DNA from: the human T2T-CHM13v2.0 reference genome, Homo sapiens
Assembly (NCBI RefSeq): GCF_009914755.1
Contig: NC_060926.1
DNA: 64,000 bases
Strand: one strand, 5' to 3'
Made by a program: the position numbers and the translations under genes. Shown here piece after piece: positions 44,623 through 57,592 of the stretch; position 1 is the stretch's first letter, and each line of letters opens with the position of its first letter. Under the pieces are notes generated by a model. The model ran no database searches. It saw nothing but the letters and a program-made list of their open reading frames with translations, and had not been told where the DNA came from.

Positions 44623-44965
44623 ATATATACATATATATATAATTTATTTAATATATTTAATATATATAATATATACTGTCTCTACATATATCTATAATAT
44701 AACATATGCATATATGATAAAGTATAAATATATTTAGATATATAGTATATATCTTTATATATGTTATATATGCAATATTGCATATATAGTATATATCTAA
44801 ATATATTTATACTTTGTATATATTTAGATATATACTATATATTGCATATGTATTTAGATATATAAATATATTAAACTTTGTATTTTTACCTTTTATATAT
44901 TTATTCATCTTTATATATATATATATATTACATATATATGTATATATACTTCATATATAAAATAT
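44623..44965. repeat. (TA)n-rich low-complexity tract with an internal palindrome
   Basis: Direct reading. Confidence 0.9.
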
Positions 44966-45250
44966 TTAGAGACAGGATCTTGCTCTGTCACCCAGGCTGG
45001 AGTGCAGTGGCGCAATCATATCTCCTTGCAACCTTGAACTCAGGCCTGGGCTCACACAATTCTCCTGCCTCAACCTCCTGAGTAGCTGGAACTACAGGCT
45101 TGCCCCATCATGCCTAGCTAATTTTTAGATTTTTTGCAGAGGAGGGGTCTTGCTATGTTGCCCAGACTGGTCTTGAACTCCTGGCCCCAAGGTATCTCCC
45201 AGCCTCTGCCTCCCGACGTGTAGGGATTATAGATGTGAACAATGCCCAGT
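44966..45250 (-). mobile_element. AluJ
   Basis: gagacaggatcttgctctgtcacccaggctggagtgcagtgg...ggggtcttgctatgttgcccag. Confidence 0.9.
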
Positions 45251-46369
45251 CAATTTGAGAAATATAGTGTTAAGAAATTTCAAGCATTTGTGGTTACATG
45301 TGGGTGTATTGTGAGAGGAGACAGAAAAGTTGCCCAAGGAGAACTCACAATATTTCAGCAAGTGTCTACTCCATTTAGTAGTATGTCAATATCTTTGCTT
45401 TGATAGGAACTAACACCTTATTAAATTATCCACATTTTTAGAATCTTGCCCTTGTCCTTGCTTGGCTGGAAACTGGACTTCGTAAATACTGAGTACTAGT
45501 AGGACTAATATAATAGCTTACTAATATATGATTAGTGTGTCAATGAACATTTCTATTGGAAAGTATGCTTATGTCCCCTATGCTAGACTTGTCAAGTATG
45601 AAATTATCCCATAGAGGAAAAATACTCTTCCATAAACTCTTGTCCAAGGAATGGCAAGGCTTAATAGTTCCCTGCTCTCCTCTCTAGAAGAAAATGTTCT
45701 CTAAGGTCGAAGTTTCTTGCGACTGCCTGACTTATCTTTTTCCTAGGAATGTTGGGGTAGATACTTCCAGTTTTGCCTGTGGAAGGCATATCAATTATTG
45801 TGTTCTTGCTCATATAACATCTTAGGGACTCTTCCTCACATAATTGCCCCGAAAGGACCCATTATGACAGCTTTATGTACTTGGTGAGCTGACCCAAGAG
45901 AAAACAATCAGGCTGCCTTTCCTGGGAATCAGAAACTGGGCAAGTGAGCAATGTATAATCAGTGACATGACAATGACCAAAATATTCATTTTTTGTTAGA
46001 GTCAGTGACCATAAAAATCAAAATGCAAAACCCACTGAAGTTTAGAGAAGTGCATTGAGAATGGGGAAAGCATATATAAGCAGAAAACGCTGATCTTCAC
46101 AGAAAAGTAAGAGAGTAAAGTTGCTATGGAGGGAAAAGTAGATGCAAGATGCAGTACACCCCAGTGAATGATGCAGATTGCATCAGATCTGGAACTTTTC
46201 ATTTATTTTATGGCCATCCATAAGATTATGTATTGGGGCTTATCAGCCATCTCCCTTACATGCTGACCATGTTTTTGTGGCATTCTGTCCTGCAACTAAA
46301 AGGTATTGATAAAAAACATCATCCCTCAATGCATACTTTTCGATATACTGCTTCCTCTCCTCCTGCAGA

Positions 46370-46852
46370 TGAGTATGTTAATTTCCAAGGGCTACTATAA
46401 CAAAGTGCCATGAACTTTGTGGCTTACAACAACAGAAGGCTATTCTCATAGTTTTGGAGTCTAGACATCCAAAACCATGTTTTCAACAGAGCCATGCCCC
46501 CATGAAGACTCTAGAGAGGAATCTTTCTTTGCCCTGTCTAGCTTCTGGTGGTTGCCAATAATCCTTGGCCTTACTTGACTAGTAGATGCATTACTCTATT
46601 CTCTGTCTCCATCTTCACTTGGTGCTCTCCCTAACGATTTTGTGTTTGTGTGTGTGTGTGTGTATGAGTGTGTGTGTGTATGTCTTTTTTCTCTTCTTAT
46701 AAAGACACCAGCCATTGGATTAGGGCCCACCTTTATCTGGCATGACCCCATCTTAACTAGTTATATCTGTAACAACTCTGTTTCTAAATAATGTTACATT
46801 CTGAGGTTTAGGGTGGACATGACTTTTGAGGGACACTCTTCAGCTCACTGTA
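46370..46852 (-). mobile_element. MLT1C-like MaLR LTR
   Basis: gggctactataacaaagtgcca...ggcttacaacaacagaa...cttataaagacaccagccattggattagggcccacc...gggacactcttcagc. Confidence 0.82.
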
Positions 46853-48323
46853 ATGACACAATCTATATAATTGTTCTTTCTTGAACCCAAGCAACATTCT
46901 GTTCCAAGAGGCCTTCTCACAGGGTGTCTATACTGAAAAATGACATGATTCCAAGACATGTTCATTTACACCACTCTAGTAAGCTAAAGAGAAAGGCATT
47001 TGAGGATGAAGACGAAATAGTGGTTAGTTTCTACTTGTGCCCAAGAGCATAACATAGAACTACTAGATCCTGGATAATTAATGATCACAAAAATACGATA
47101 AATTTTGTAAGACCTTTTCAGAGATTGCAAATAGGTGAAACTACAGTATGAAAGCATCTAGCAACTGCCATATATTTTATTCAATAGAATATAATTTAAT
47201 CAGATAGTGGTGTACTGTGTAGGAACACCTTCATCTCACTGTCTGTTTCTCCTGATATTCAAATTCTTCACTTGGATGTGTCACTGTTCATAGACCTTCT
47301 TGGCCACAGAGGGCAAGGGGCAAATTTCTACTCTCAGTGTTTACACAAGACATTCTTGCTGTCACAAGCAAGGTGATGTATTCCATTGTTGGCAGCCTCT
47401 AGCTGTTTCTGTGTGGATGACCAGCCAATTCTCCGTCTACCTAAATCTGAAGAATCATACAGACAGCTATAAGGAAATCTAGGCAGAACTAAATTTACTT
47501 TTTGTGCCCATTACCTTGTATAACACCCATACCATTAAGCTATATTGGTATTTGGGTTATAATTTGGTGATAATATATTCTTCTGTAACAGTGATCTTTT
47601 CTCATATATGCAATTAGATCATTTGTCATTTAAATGCCTTTCCATATCTTGTCAAACCCTGAGGTCTCATTAAACATTCATTGACTTGCTGATTGACAGA
47701 CAGAAGGAGGAAGACTTATAGGTCACTAAGCATGGGAACTTAATCAAGTTCTTCAAATTTCCACAAATCCTTGCTCTATAAGGTGCCAAAAACAATACTG
47801 AATAAATAGGACAGGATATGGATTCCAATCTCCTTTCTACTGGACCATGTGACTTACAGCAAATCAATTAAAGTCTTGATTCAGTTGCTTTTTTTGGTAA
47901 CATGTACCACAATAGAGTTTAATGAAATATGATAAAATACAGTAACTTATCTACTAAAAACTGGTAATAGCTACCTGATATCAATGTATAATAAATAGGC
48001 AGTCGTTGCACTAGGCATATTTACCGAAAACATTTCACTTAATCCTCAAAGTAATCATTAGGTTTGATGTTATTGTTAACATATTAAAGATGATAAAACT
48101 GGAATTTATGTAAGTTGAGCAGCTTATTTAAAGTGAACGAGGCAGTTACTATGCATCAAGGATTTGAACATAGGTCTGGACTCTAAAACTTATTCTCCAT
48201 TAGTTTGCAATGCTTCTTTACAGAGGCTAGGTTAGGTGACCTCCTGAGGCCCTTTCTAGTCACAACATTTATTATACTCTTGCATGTTAGGTGGTAGAGC
48301 AAAGAGGGTTGACTTTTGGTACA

Positions 48324-48727
48324 TTTCACTTGTGTCCGTGTGAAGAGACCACCAAACAGGCTTTGTGTGAGCAATAAAGCTTTTTAATCACCTGGGTGCA
48401 GGCTGGCTGAGTCCGAAAAGAGAGTCAGTGAAGGGAGATAGGGGTGGGGCTGTTTTATCAGATTTGGGTAGGTAAAGGAAAAAGGGGGGTTGTTCTCTAG
48501 TGGGCAGGAGTGGGGGTCACAAGGTGCTCAGTGGGGGAGCTTTTTGAGCCAGGATGAGCCAGGAAAAGGAATTTCACAAGGTAATGTCATCAGTGAAGGC
48601 AAGGACCAGCCATTTTCACTTCTTTTGTGGTGGAATGTCATCAGTTAAGGCAGGAACTGGCCATCTGGATGTGTACGTGAAGGTAACAGGGGATATGATG
48701 GCTTAGCTTGGGCTCAGAGGACTGACA
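48324..48727 (-). mobile_element. Solo LTR7 (HERV-H LTR)
   Basis: Minus strand tgtcagtcctctgagcccaagctaagccatcatatcccctg...ggtctcttcacacggacacaagtgaaa; 5-bp TSD GTACA. Confidence 0.96.
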
Positions 48728-51349
48728 GTACATGCCTGGTGAAAGATTGCAATGAGCACAGCCTATTTTTATTATCACTGTCTTCTCTGTGAACATGAAC
48801 CACCTGGATACAGCATGTCCTTCAGTTTCTTTCCCTGTCCACTGTTTTTCTGCTGCTCTGCATAGCAGTTACATGTATTCTCTACCTTTTCTACCTGAAT
48901 TTCCTCTACCTTCTACCTCATTTCCACACAATACAAAAATAGCAGCTCTTCTTTAGCTGTTGGTTGGTGTCTATATTGTCTAGAAGAAATCAAGAAAACA
49001 GCACATGCTAAGCTGTGTCCTGTGGAGGCCCTAATGCAAGAGTGAATTTGCATGTTCAAAGTACAGTGAGAAGGTAGGTTTCTTGAGAGCAGTGAGCATT
49101 TCCCTCTTGTCCATGTGTCTTTAATGAGAGCTATCGTAGCTTAGGCCAGAAGGGGAGCCATCGCCCTGGACCAGCAGAGGAAACATTCCATGTGGGAGCT
49201 ACTGTAGTATTGATCACTCCTCCAGAGTGGCTGCTTGCTCTCTGTTGCGCAAAGGGCTGTCCTGCATTCCCAGACCAGCTCAGGCCCCCTCTCCCTAGGG
49301 CATCTCAATAACCCACAAAGCAATTTTGTTCTGTTTTGTTTTTTTAATTTACACAAGTGGTCTTTCATTGCATAGACTGTACACAAAAGTCATGAAATTG
49401 TTCAGAGAATTACCACAATGCCTTGCAGAAAGTTCCAAAGGGAAGAAGAAATAAACAAAAGGCTGAAAGAAAAAAACAAGGCATTTCATTGGACTTTAAT
49501 AAGCTGACTTTTCTTCATTTCCCATAAGGTCACATTCACAACTCTCTTTGCATTTGGATAGCTGCTAATGGCTGTGAGTTTATCACAGGAAAAGGATCAC
49601 ATTCTCTGCAGTTGTGCAAGCCAAGTCAGTGCAGTTGATGACAGTAAGGGAGAGGAATGGAAAGCCATCTGAAGCCTTGCCCCCTGATAGAGCTCAGAAC
49701 CTGGTAAATCACATTAAATGGAAAGCAAAGAGGAAGTCCCCTAATTCCAACGAGAAAATCTGCTTTTCCCATCTCCCTGAATCTCTACTATCTCCGCCTT
49801 TTTAGGAAGGTAATGATTAAAAAATATAGGATGATATTCAGGGAAACAAACCCCAGTGTAGTTCACGTAAAGTTTACCCCTGAGGGAGTCATACTTTTTC
49901 AGGTCTGAAAAAGCTGATGGAGTCCTAAGGGAGGGTTTATACTGTTGCGGTTGACAGTGGTACTTTGTTTTTGTTTTTATTTTCTATATGCTTTTTCCTG
50001 TTCAGAAGGTCATGCTTATATATGGCTTACAAAGTAATATTAGGAAAACCCTGCCAGCCAGCCACCCAGGGGCAGAATTCACTCTTGGAAGAGGACTGGG
50101 GTGTCTCATGGAAAGTGACAATTATTTTTTGAGCACTCACGATAAAAAATAATACTATGCTTCTTGAAGTATAAAAAAATATTATGCTTCTTGAAGGAGT
50201 GTTCACTTTTACTCTAATGTTGTGGCCTGCTAGGGTCTGAGGCAATACAGGGATATAAAAGAGTGAAGCTAACATCTCAATAGGTTTATTCCAAAGAAGA
50301 GCTCTTCCAAGACAATGCTGATTTCAGTCAATGCCAGGGAGGGGGATCACAAATAATTGTTCAATGAGCATACTCATCATCTTTGCCATGAAAATATCAC
50401 ATATTTAACATTTTAGTTGTACACAATCAATTAAATATTTTCCAGTTGCATTCCATAAATTCTCTTTCATTCGTGCTTGAGCTCTTCTCTCACTGCCCTA
50501 GTTTAGGGCTCAGACTGCATAGACAACCAGGACTCTGTTTCTGCCTTCAAAGACTCATGATCTCAATGAACAAGCAGGACAAGCCCAGAGGTTATATGGG
50601 ACTTCTTATATGTGGCTTCTTCTTGATGGTCACTGAGCTGCACGTGGAGCAGGAGTCAAAGCAACCATGACCTCTGCTGCATGTGTCTATGTTGAGTCTC
50701 ACATTGTTACAAACTCCAAAGGATGCTTAGAGGGATGGGAAGGAGAAGCTTCCAATACTGATGAGATCCTAGAAAATGTGAATGGGATGGAAGAGGCAAG
50801 GCTGGAAGGCAAAAGAACATGTCCAGTGGAATTTCAGAACTGGGCTTGCAGTGGCTGAGGAGGAGAGAGGAGTGCTGACTGGATACCTAAACAGACACTG
50901 CTACACGGTAGAATCACTGGCAACTTCAACCACTCCTGGGGCTCCAGCTGCACCCAACCAATTAAACCAGAATGTCCTGGGCCATCCTCAACATTCTCAT
51001 GTGATTCCAGTGTGCAGCCACAACAAGCACCTGGGAACCAGAAGGCTGTAAGTGGCTGACGAGCCCCACACCGTGTGCTGCTCAGCTCCTGGGTGCCTTG
51101 TTTTTGCCTTTTTTGCCTCAAGACCCAGAGATTTGGCCAGATTTCCCGTCCTCCACAAAATGCCTCTACCTATTTTAACTTAGGGATTCCTTTTTCCTTC
51201 TAACCCTGAATTGTTTCTTTGCTTTCTTTAAATACAAGGAACTTTTATTGACTCTTTTAATTATACAGACTTAGACTACAAGCAGTACTTCATGATGGCA
51301 ACTGAACAAGTGTGAAGAATGCTTCAAAGCATTAGAGTCCAGGAACCCA

Positions 51350-51560
51350 GTTCCAGGTGCTAGACGAAATGTTTTCCATGCTGATTTCACTGAATCCCCA
51401 CAACTATCCTGTGGAGTAGACAACTACTCATTCCTTCCTACAGATGAAGCAAAAGAAGCTTAGAAAAGCTGAGTATGTCAGCAAAGATCATTTAGCAAGT
51501 TTGTGATAAAGATTGGGCATGAGCCCGTCTGTGTGATTAAGGCCCCTGAGCTGAAACACA
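51350..51560. mobile_element. MIR
   Basis: aatccccacaactatcctgtggagtagacaactactcattcc..acagatgaagcaaaagaagcttaga core. Confidence 0.6.
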
Positions 51561-52368
51561 GCATGGCATGGTCATTGGTCATATAGTAATGTAAGATGGG
51601 AACCGGGAGCCTTCGTCAGCTGTTGCTGGGCACTGTTTTCCTTTTGATGTTGAAGCTCAGTCCTCTAACCAATATAAATTTCTATCACCAATCCTAGGAA
51701 GGCCATGTGGCCCTTTGCCACCATGGTCAGGTACCAGATGCCTCTGACTCTGAATCCAGGCAGAGCAGGGCTAGTATAAGCGAGTGTGGGTTGGAGGTCA
51801 AAGTCCTCCATTTTTAAACGGTGTGACCTTGAGTGGGCTACTTCTTTACCTCTCTGAGCTTCAGTGTGCTCCCTATACATGGAGAAAATGTTTTAAACTT
51901 TCATTAATGAAAACCAAGAAAATAAAAACATAGAAAACACCTATTAAAATGCAAATGCATAACATATTTCTAACAAATGATGGCAGGTGGGAGAAGAGGA
52001 TGCTTTGCATTTCTGAGGTTCCCCCGCTCCCACCCAGGACACTTCAGACTCAGACCGCTGTGTCCTGCCCAGGCTGCTGCTGTGTGGCATTCCTCCCACG
52101 GGACCAGAATAGACACATTCATAAGCCTCAGCACCGGCCCTAGGAGAGGACCAGTCCCCATAGCCCTTGCTCCCCTCTGGGAGCCCAGCCCTGTTCTGTT
52201 TTGTTTTTCACGTTGGCCATTGTGGCTTTCCTTCACCCTGCATCTCTCCATCCAGGCCACCTTTGCTGCTGCCTAACCTGCCCTTAAAAGCAGGTGACCA
52301 AGTATGTAAGAATGTACACTTACCCAGAATTGAACAGAGAGGGTGGGGTCAGGGTGTTTCCCTGTGTA

Positions 52369-52592
52369 GTACCCTTTCACTGTACCATGTAGAAGATGCA
52401 ACAGATGCAGCTGCTGAAGAATGACCGGGAGCTGTGTTATCATCACTTGGGATAAACATTAACAAGACTTCCTGTGATGGTGCTTCTGGAGCTGGGCTGT
52501 GGCCATGCTGGCAGCATGCCACTAGAAGATACAACCCAACGTTCACACTAGAAGATGCCTTTCTTCCAAGCGGAAGTTTAAGGACCTGTCTC
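52369..52592 (+). repeat. Diverged direct repeat, copy 1 (pairs with 55897-56134)
   Basis: Shared blocks gctgctgaa..atgacc.ggagctgtgttatc.tcact, cctgtgatgg..ctggagctggg, gttcacac.agaaga, gaagtttaa.gacctgtctcc. Confidence 0.85.
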
Positions 52593-54345
52593 CTACCCAC
52601 TTATCACTAGAAAAATACCAAGTCAATCTTTCTCTGATATCTCAAGTCATTATCAGACTATCTTGGGAAGCACATGTGTTAGAAGTTATGTGTGTTAATG
52701 TAATCACATCACTTCTACAGATTGGGAACTACATATGGCTATTCCCTGCCCACAGCCTTCCTCAAGAAAACGAGTGCATGACAGCATTTGCATTCTCCTT
52801 TGGGTTTTCCCTCAGTCTAGCTTCCGGACTTTGGAGTTTGTGTGTCATCATTGTAGAACACAGGCATACTCCCTTCCTGCACTCTATACCCCATACCTCC
52901 AGATTAGAGAGAAGGTAGCTGGCAGGGTCATAATGGGCTGTGAACAAATGATAGAGGAGGGAAAGCAATTTGGCAGAGGATTCTGGGGACCAGGCACAAA
53001 TGGAAAAAAGACTGCACAATACAAAGTCATCAGTGGAAAGAAATGAACGACCCAACCACTAGTGTCTCCCTGAAACTCTGTTAATAATGGAAGTTAATAA
53101 CAGGCTTCTGCAAATCTTTTTTTCTTGCTGGTTAAGGATGTATATCTTTTATGAATTTCATGTTTTAATTAATGATTTTATGTTCTATATATTACCTTGG
53201 CTTATAAATTCAAATGGGCTCCTAGAGGTTATTCAGGTAGAAAATGCCTTCCATAAATGTAAGATTGTTATTAATCGATAATTAATATTTAATTTTAAAG
53301 TGAATAATTAACCCCCTTCTAATTCCACCTTTTTGTGGTCTTTCTAGAACTCTTTCTTTCATGTACAACCCACAGTGCTTCACTTTTAAAACTGAGGCTT
53401 TCTTTTCCTTTGAAATGTCGAGAGTTATGTCATGTTTGCATTCAGTCTTTTTCTCAGTAAAGGCTCTTGTTAGCAATTAAAACATACAGACTGGGGCTGG
53501 TATGAGAAAAAGTGAAAATTATTGAAAGGATGTCAGGGAGTGAAGGAATAGTGAAGCATGGAAGATGTAGGTTGTAAATGGAAAGGAGCCAAGAGCAGAC
53601 ACAGGACAGATCACCACCATACCATGTCCCTTATCACCAGATGCAGGTCACCACAGAAGGTACAACCAAGGCTCTGCACTTGGCATGAGGCAGCTGCGAA
53701 CCTTGGGGACCAGATGCGCCGCCACCTCTTTAGCCACTGGAGAGAATCCTCAACTATAATTGTTCTGATATATCATGAGCTCCTGGCCTGATGCACATAT
53801 CTGTCTCACCGAGCCTCAGTCACCTGGCCATGTCCTGAGGAAAGGGAGGCTGAAAGAAATGTTTGTGGACCATTCAGACCATCAGGATTGCATCCCAGAT
53901 TGACAACAATTTCATCTGTTGATAACCCAAAAATTTAGAAATCCCAGGACAGTTCCTTCCCGTGGCATCTTCACCAAGTTGTAGAATAGCACAGCCTTAT
54001 TGCCTATACTGCAGTATCTTTGAAATCAGCTCCACTTCAGGTTGGAAAGGACAAATTCTTTCTGCCTATGAGGAATTTCTATTCTCTTCTTCTGCTTTGG
54101 CAACACTAGGTGTGTAATAATCTCCCAGAGTTTGCCTTACTTTGCATGTGGTGAAGAGTCTGGGCTTTAAAGACCAACTACCTGGCTTCAGAACTGCTTG
54201 TCCCTCGTCAGCTGTGTTAGCCTCAACCACTTTGTGCCCCACATTCCTCTTCTGAAAATGAAGCTAAAGACTGTACCTACCTCAAATAACATTTGTGAGA
54301 ATTAAATGCATTAATACCATGCTACTCAGAGGGTGATCTGTGGAT

Positions 54346-54521
54346 AGGACCAGCTACATAGTTGGCAGGGCCTAGTGCAAAAAGGGAAATGAAGGGATCC
54401 TTGCTCAGAGATCATCAGGAATTTCAAAATGATGACAGCTGAGCAGGTAACCAAGCCTAGGTCCCGTAGGAGCATGGCGTCCTGGGCAGCCTCACAGGTC
54501 ACGTGTCCATGAGCTCCTCTG
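54346..54521 (-). mobile_element. MER91A hAT-Tip100 MITE
   Basis: ggaccagctacata..gcagggcctagtgcaaaa...gaatttcaaaatgatgacagc...cacaggtcacgtgtccatgag. Confidence 0.7.
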
Positions 54522-54929
54522 CCTTTGGAGCATTGTTGGTTACTAGTCCAAAAACAGTGCAGACACTGAGAGAAAGCATTTGAATATCTTATAGTAATTT
54601 GACATTATCATGACATCTAAGTGTGCGATCAGTGGATGGGTCTAGTTGAATAGGTTTCAGATTGGTTTGGATGTTGTCAAACTGATGTATTAAGTTGCAT
54701 GGGGCACCAGCTTTGCATTAGTCATGCAATTGGATTATTATCTAACTGCAACATATTAAAAGTAAGAAAAACATTGTTCTTTATGACTGATAGTGTGAGA
54801 AACACTAAGCTAATAAATATGATATGCTTACCCGACATGTAATTATATATTCAATAAACGTTAGCTGTTATCTGTGATTGTTTTTTACTGTAAGTAAAAA
54901 GCTAAGTTCTGTAAGTTTTATTGTTCTTC

Positions 54930-55084
54930 TCTGCGTGTGTGTGTCAGTGTGTGTGTTTGTGATTGCATGTGTGTCTGTTTGTGTTTCTTTTGTGTGTGTG
55001 CCTGTTTATGACTGTGTATGTGAGTCTCTGTGTGTGTTTGTGTATCTGTGTGTACCCATGTTTGTGTGTGCACACGTGTGTGTT
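54930..55084. repeat. Degenerate (TG)n tract
   Basis: Direct reading. Confidence 0.9.
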
Positions 55085-55896
55085 TAGGCATAAGATCTGC
55101 TTTATCCGAATTTTTGTTTCTTTTTCAGCCTTTTTTTCTCTAATTCTAATAATTTATGAAGGGCCACTTCCTATTCAAAGCCTTCTTGTCCTTTCCCCAT
55201 TTAACTGGGTTAGTTTCCCCCACATCTGTGTTCACATGGGGTAATTTGTAGTTTTGCTTTCATTATATTGTATAGTTAGGATGTACTCATCTTTTGAAGT
55301 CTCTCATCATGAAAGATTGTGATGTTATTGAGTGCAAAGATCACATTCTATTCACTTTTGAAGGTCTAACTTTTCACACTAGATTAGGCCTATGGTATTC
55401 CTAAATAATTGTTGGAGGAAAGGAAAAGAAGAAAAGAAACACAGAAGAAAATAATGAAATAGAAAGAATGTGTGGCACTAACAGAAGGACTTAGCCACTT
55501 GACCAAGAATTCAGTGCTTGTCATTGTGCCCCTGGAATTCCTCTGATCAGCCACAACTTCTCCATCTCTTTTTTCATTCTTAAGGACAGCACAAACCCCA
55601 GTGTTGTTGAGATTGTGCCTTCCCATGAGCCTCTCAGGGCTCCCGCCTTTCACTGTATTCATCTCCTCTTTCTGAAATGTCTATTTTCCTAAACACTCTC
55701 TTTTGTCTGCAGAAGGAACTTGAGTTTGGAGACAGCATATTCAAGTTGTTTTGAGCCTTGAAATAATTTTAGGGAATGTGTCTCATGTGAGTGTTCAAGT
55801 AAGAGAATTAATGCTGACTTATATCCATTGGTCACAGTCAGAGCACCTGGCCCAGACACTGCCCTAGCTATCTCTTGTTCTGGCTGAATTGGATCC

Positions 55897-56134
55897 GTAA
55901 CCTTTCATCGTACTACATAGAGGATGCACCAAATTTAGCTGCTGAATGATGACCAGGAGCTGTGTTATCCTCACTCAGAACAAATATTCACAAGGCTCCC
56001 TGTGATGGGAGCCTCTGGAGCTGGGCCATGGCCATTCTGGAAGCATGTCACTGGAAGACACAGCTTAAGGTTCACACAAGAAGAGGCCTTTCTTCCGAGC
56101 AAGGGAAGTCACAGAAGTTTAAAGACCTGTCTCC
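55897..56134 (+). repeat. Diverged direct repeat, copy 2 (pairs with 52369-52592)
   Basis: Colinear with copy 1, roughly 70-80% identical by eye. Confidence 0.85.
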
Positions 56135-57093
56135 ATGGTCCCAGAGACAGTGGAAGAGTAAGGTAAGCATTCTGTCTTCCAATGCCCTGCAACACGCAGG
56201 CTTTCCATGAAACTGCATTAAGCAACCTCACAAATCCAATGGTGAAGAAATAATTTGTAAAATAATACAAGTGTTAGAAATAAGAACCAAATACATTAAC
56301 TGACGGAAAATGAAAACAAATGTATTTTACTTCAGCAGAAAGTAACTTTGTGAAATTTGTAAATAAATAAATATAGCAATGATCATTTATCCACTTATTT
56401 GGCATATGCAATGTGTCAGTCTCTCTCTCTATATATATGTATACATACACAGATATATATGTATACACACACACACACACACACATATATATGGTTATTA
56501 ATCCTTTACTTGAACTACTGTTAGAGAATATATATTTAATATATATTCAAAAATATATCTAGTAGTTCTAGTGGAGGATCAATAACATTATAACATTATA
56601 TATATTATATATATAGTAGTTCAGATGGAGGATCAATAATATTAATTTAATATTGAGGAAATAAAATTCTGAGTAATTAAAGCATTTATAGATGGTATGT
56701 TCACAGTCAAAATTTAAATTCTTTTTTTTGTCTGACATCTAGCATGATCTCAGTAACTGTTTGCTGATTTGCCGACTGCTAATTTTTCTATAAAGGTAAT
56801 GCATAGCTAGCATCCAGCCAAAGACAAAAGTAATACGATGGAAACCCAAACACTGTAGATCCTGCATTCAAAGGGACAGGATAGATTTGCAACAGCAACA
56901 GAAGCTCTTTTTCATGTTGTGTTCATTTTGTTTTAACAGAATATTTGGGATTAGTTGATTAAAACAAAACAAAATAAACAACAAAAAACCTTCAAGCTAC
57001 AACCCAAAATGTATAAAATGCAAGTAAAGTGAGGAGGTGATTATTCATGTTGCACAGTTGAGCATTAACAGAGAAAAGAGAATTACCCAACTT

Positions 57094-57226
57094 ACTTTGG
57101 GTAAGTGGTAGGGTACATTTTACCTGGGTAAAAGATGGGATTGGGTTAAGGGATTATAGTGTCTCCTAAGACAGACAGGGTTAAAGGCCCCTCTTAATAA
57201 AAGGAAAGAATGCTTGACCAAACTTG
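57094..57226 (+). mobile_element. Isolated MER41-int leader-like fragment upstream of the 5' LTR
   Basis: Colinear with 58233-58346 plus 58645-58685 (actttgggtaagtgg...ctcttaataaaagg.aagaa.gcttgaccaaacttg). Confidence 0.8.
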
Positions 57227-57592
57227 CAAATGGGATACAGAATGAAATGAAAGAGATGAGAGAAGGCTGCTACCCTGCATGTTGTACTTATCAGGACAAC
57301 CACTGCAGAATTAAGTAGTAATTTTTTCCTTTCAGATGCCATAGGAAGGGGACAGCCTTCCATCCACAGTCATGGTGTCAGCTGCTGATGGGAGGGGGCA
57401 TGATGAGGAGGTCCTCTCAGGAACCTAGCCTCTGAGCCTGGCCTTTCTGTGACCCAGCTGGCAGGATTTGGACAAGTCTTTGCCATCTCTGGCTTGCACT
57501 TCTCTCATCTATAAAAAAGGGGGCTGTAGCTTCAATTCTCAGTGTTTTCTAGACTTGAAATCCTTTATAGAAGACTATTCTCTTTGTCCTAG

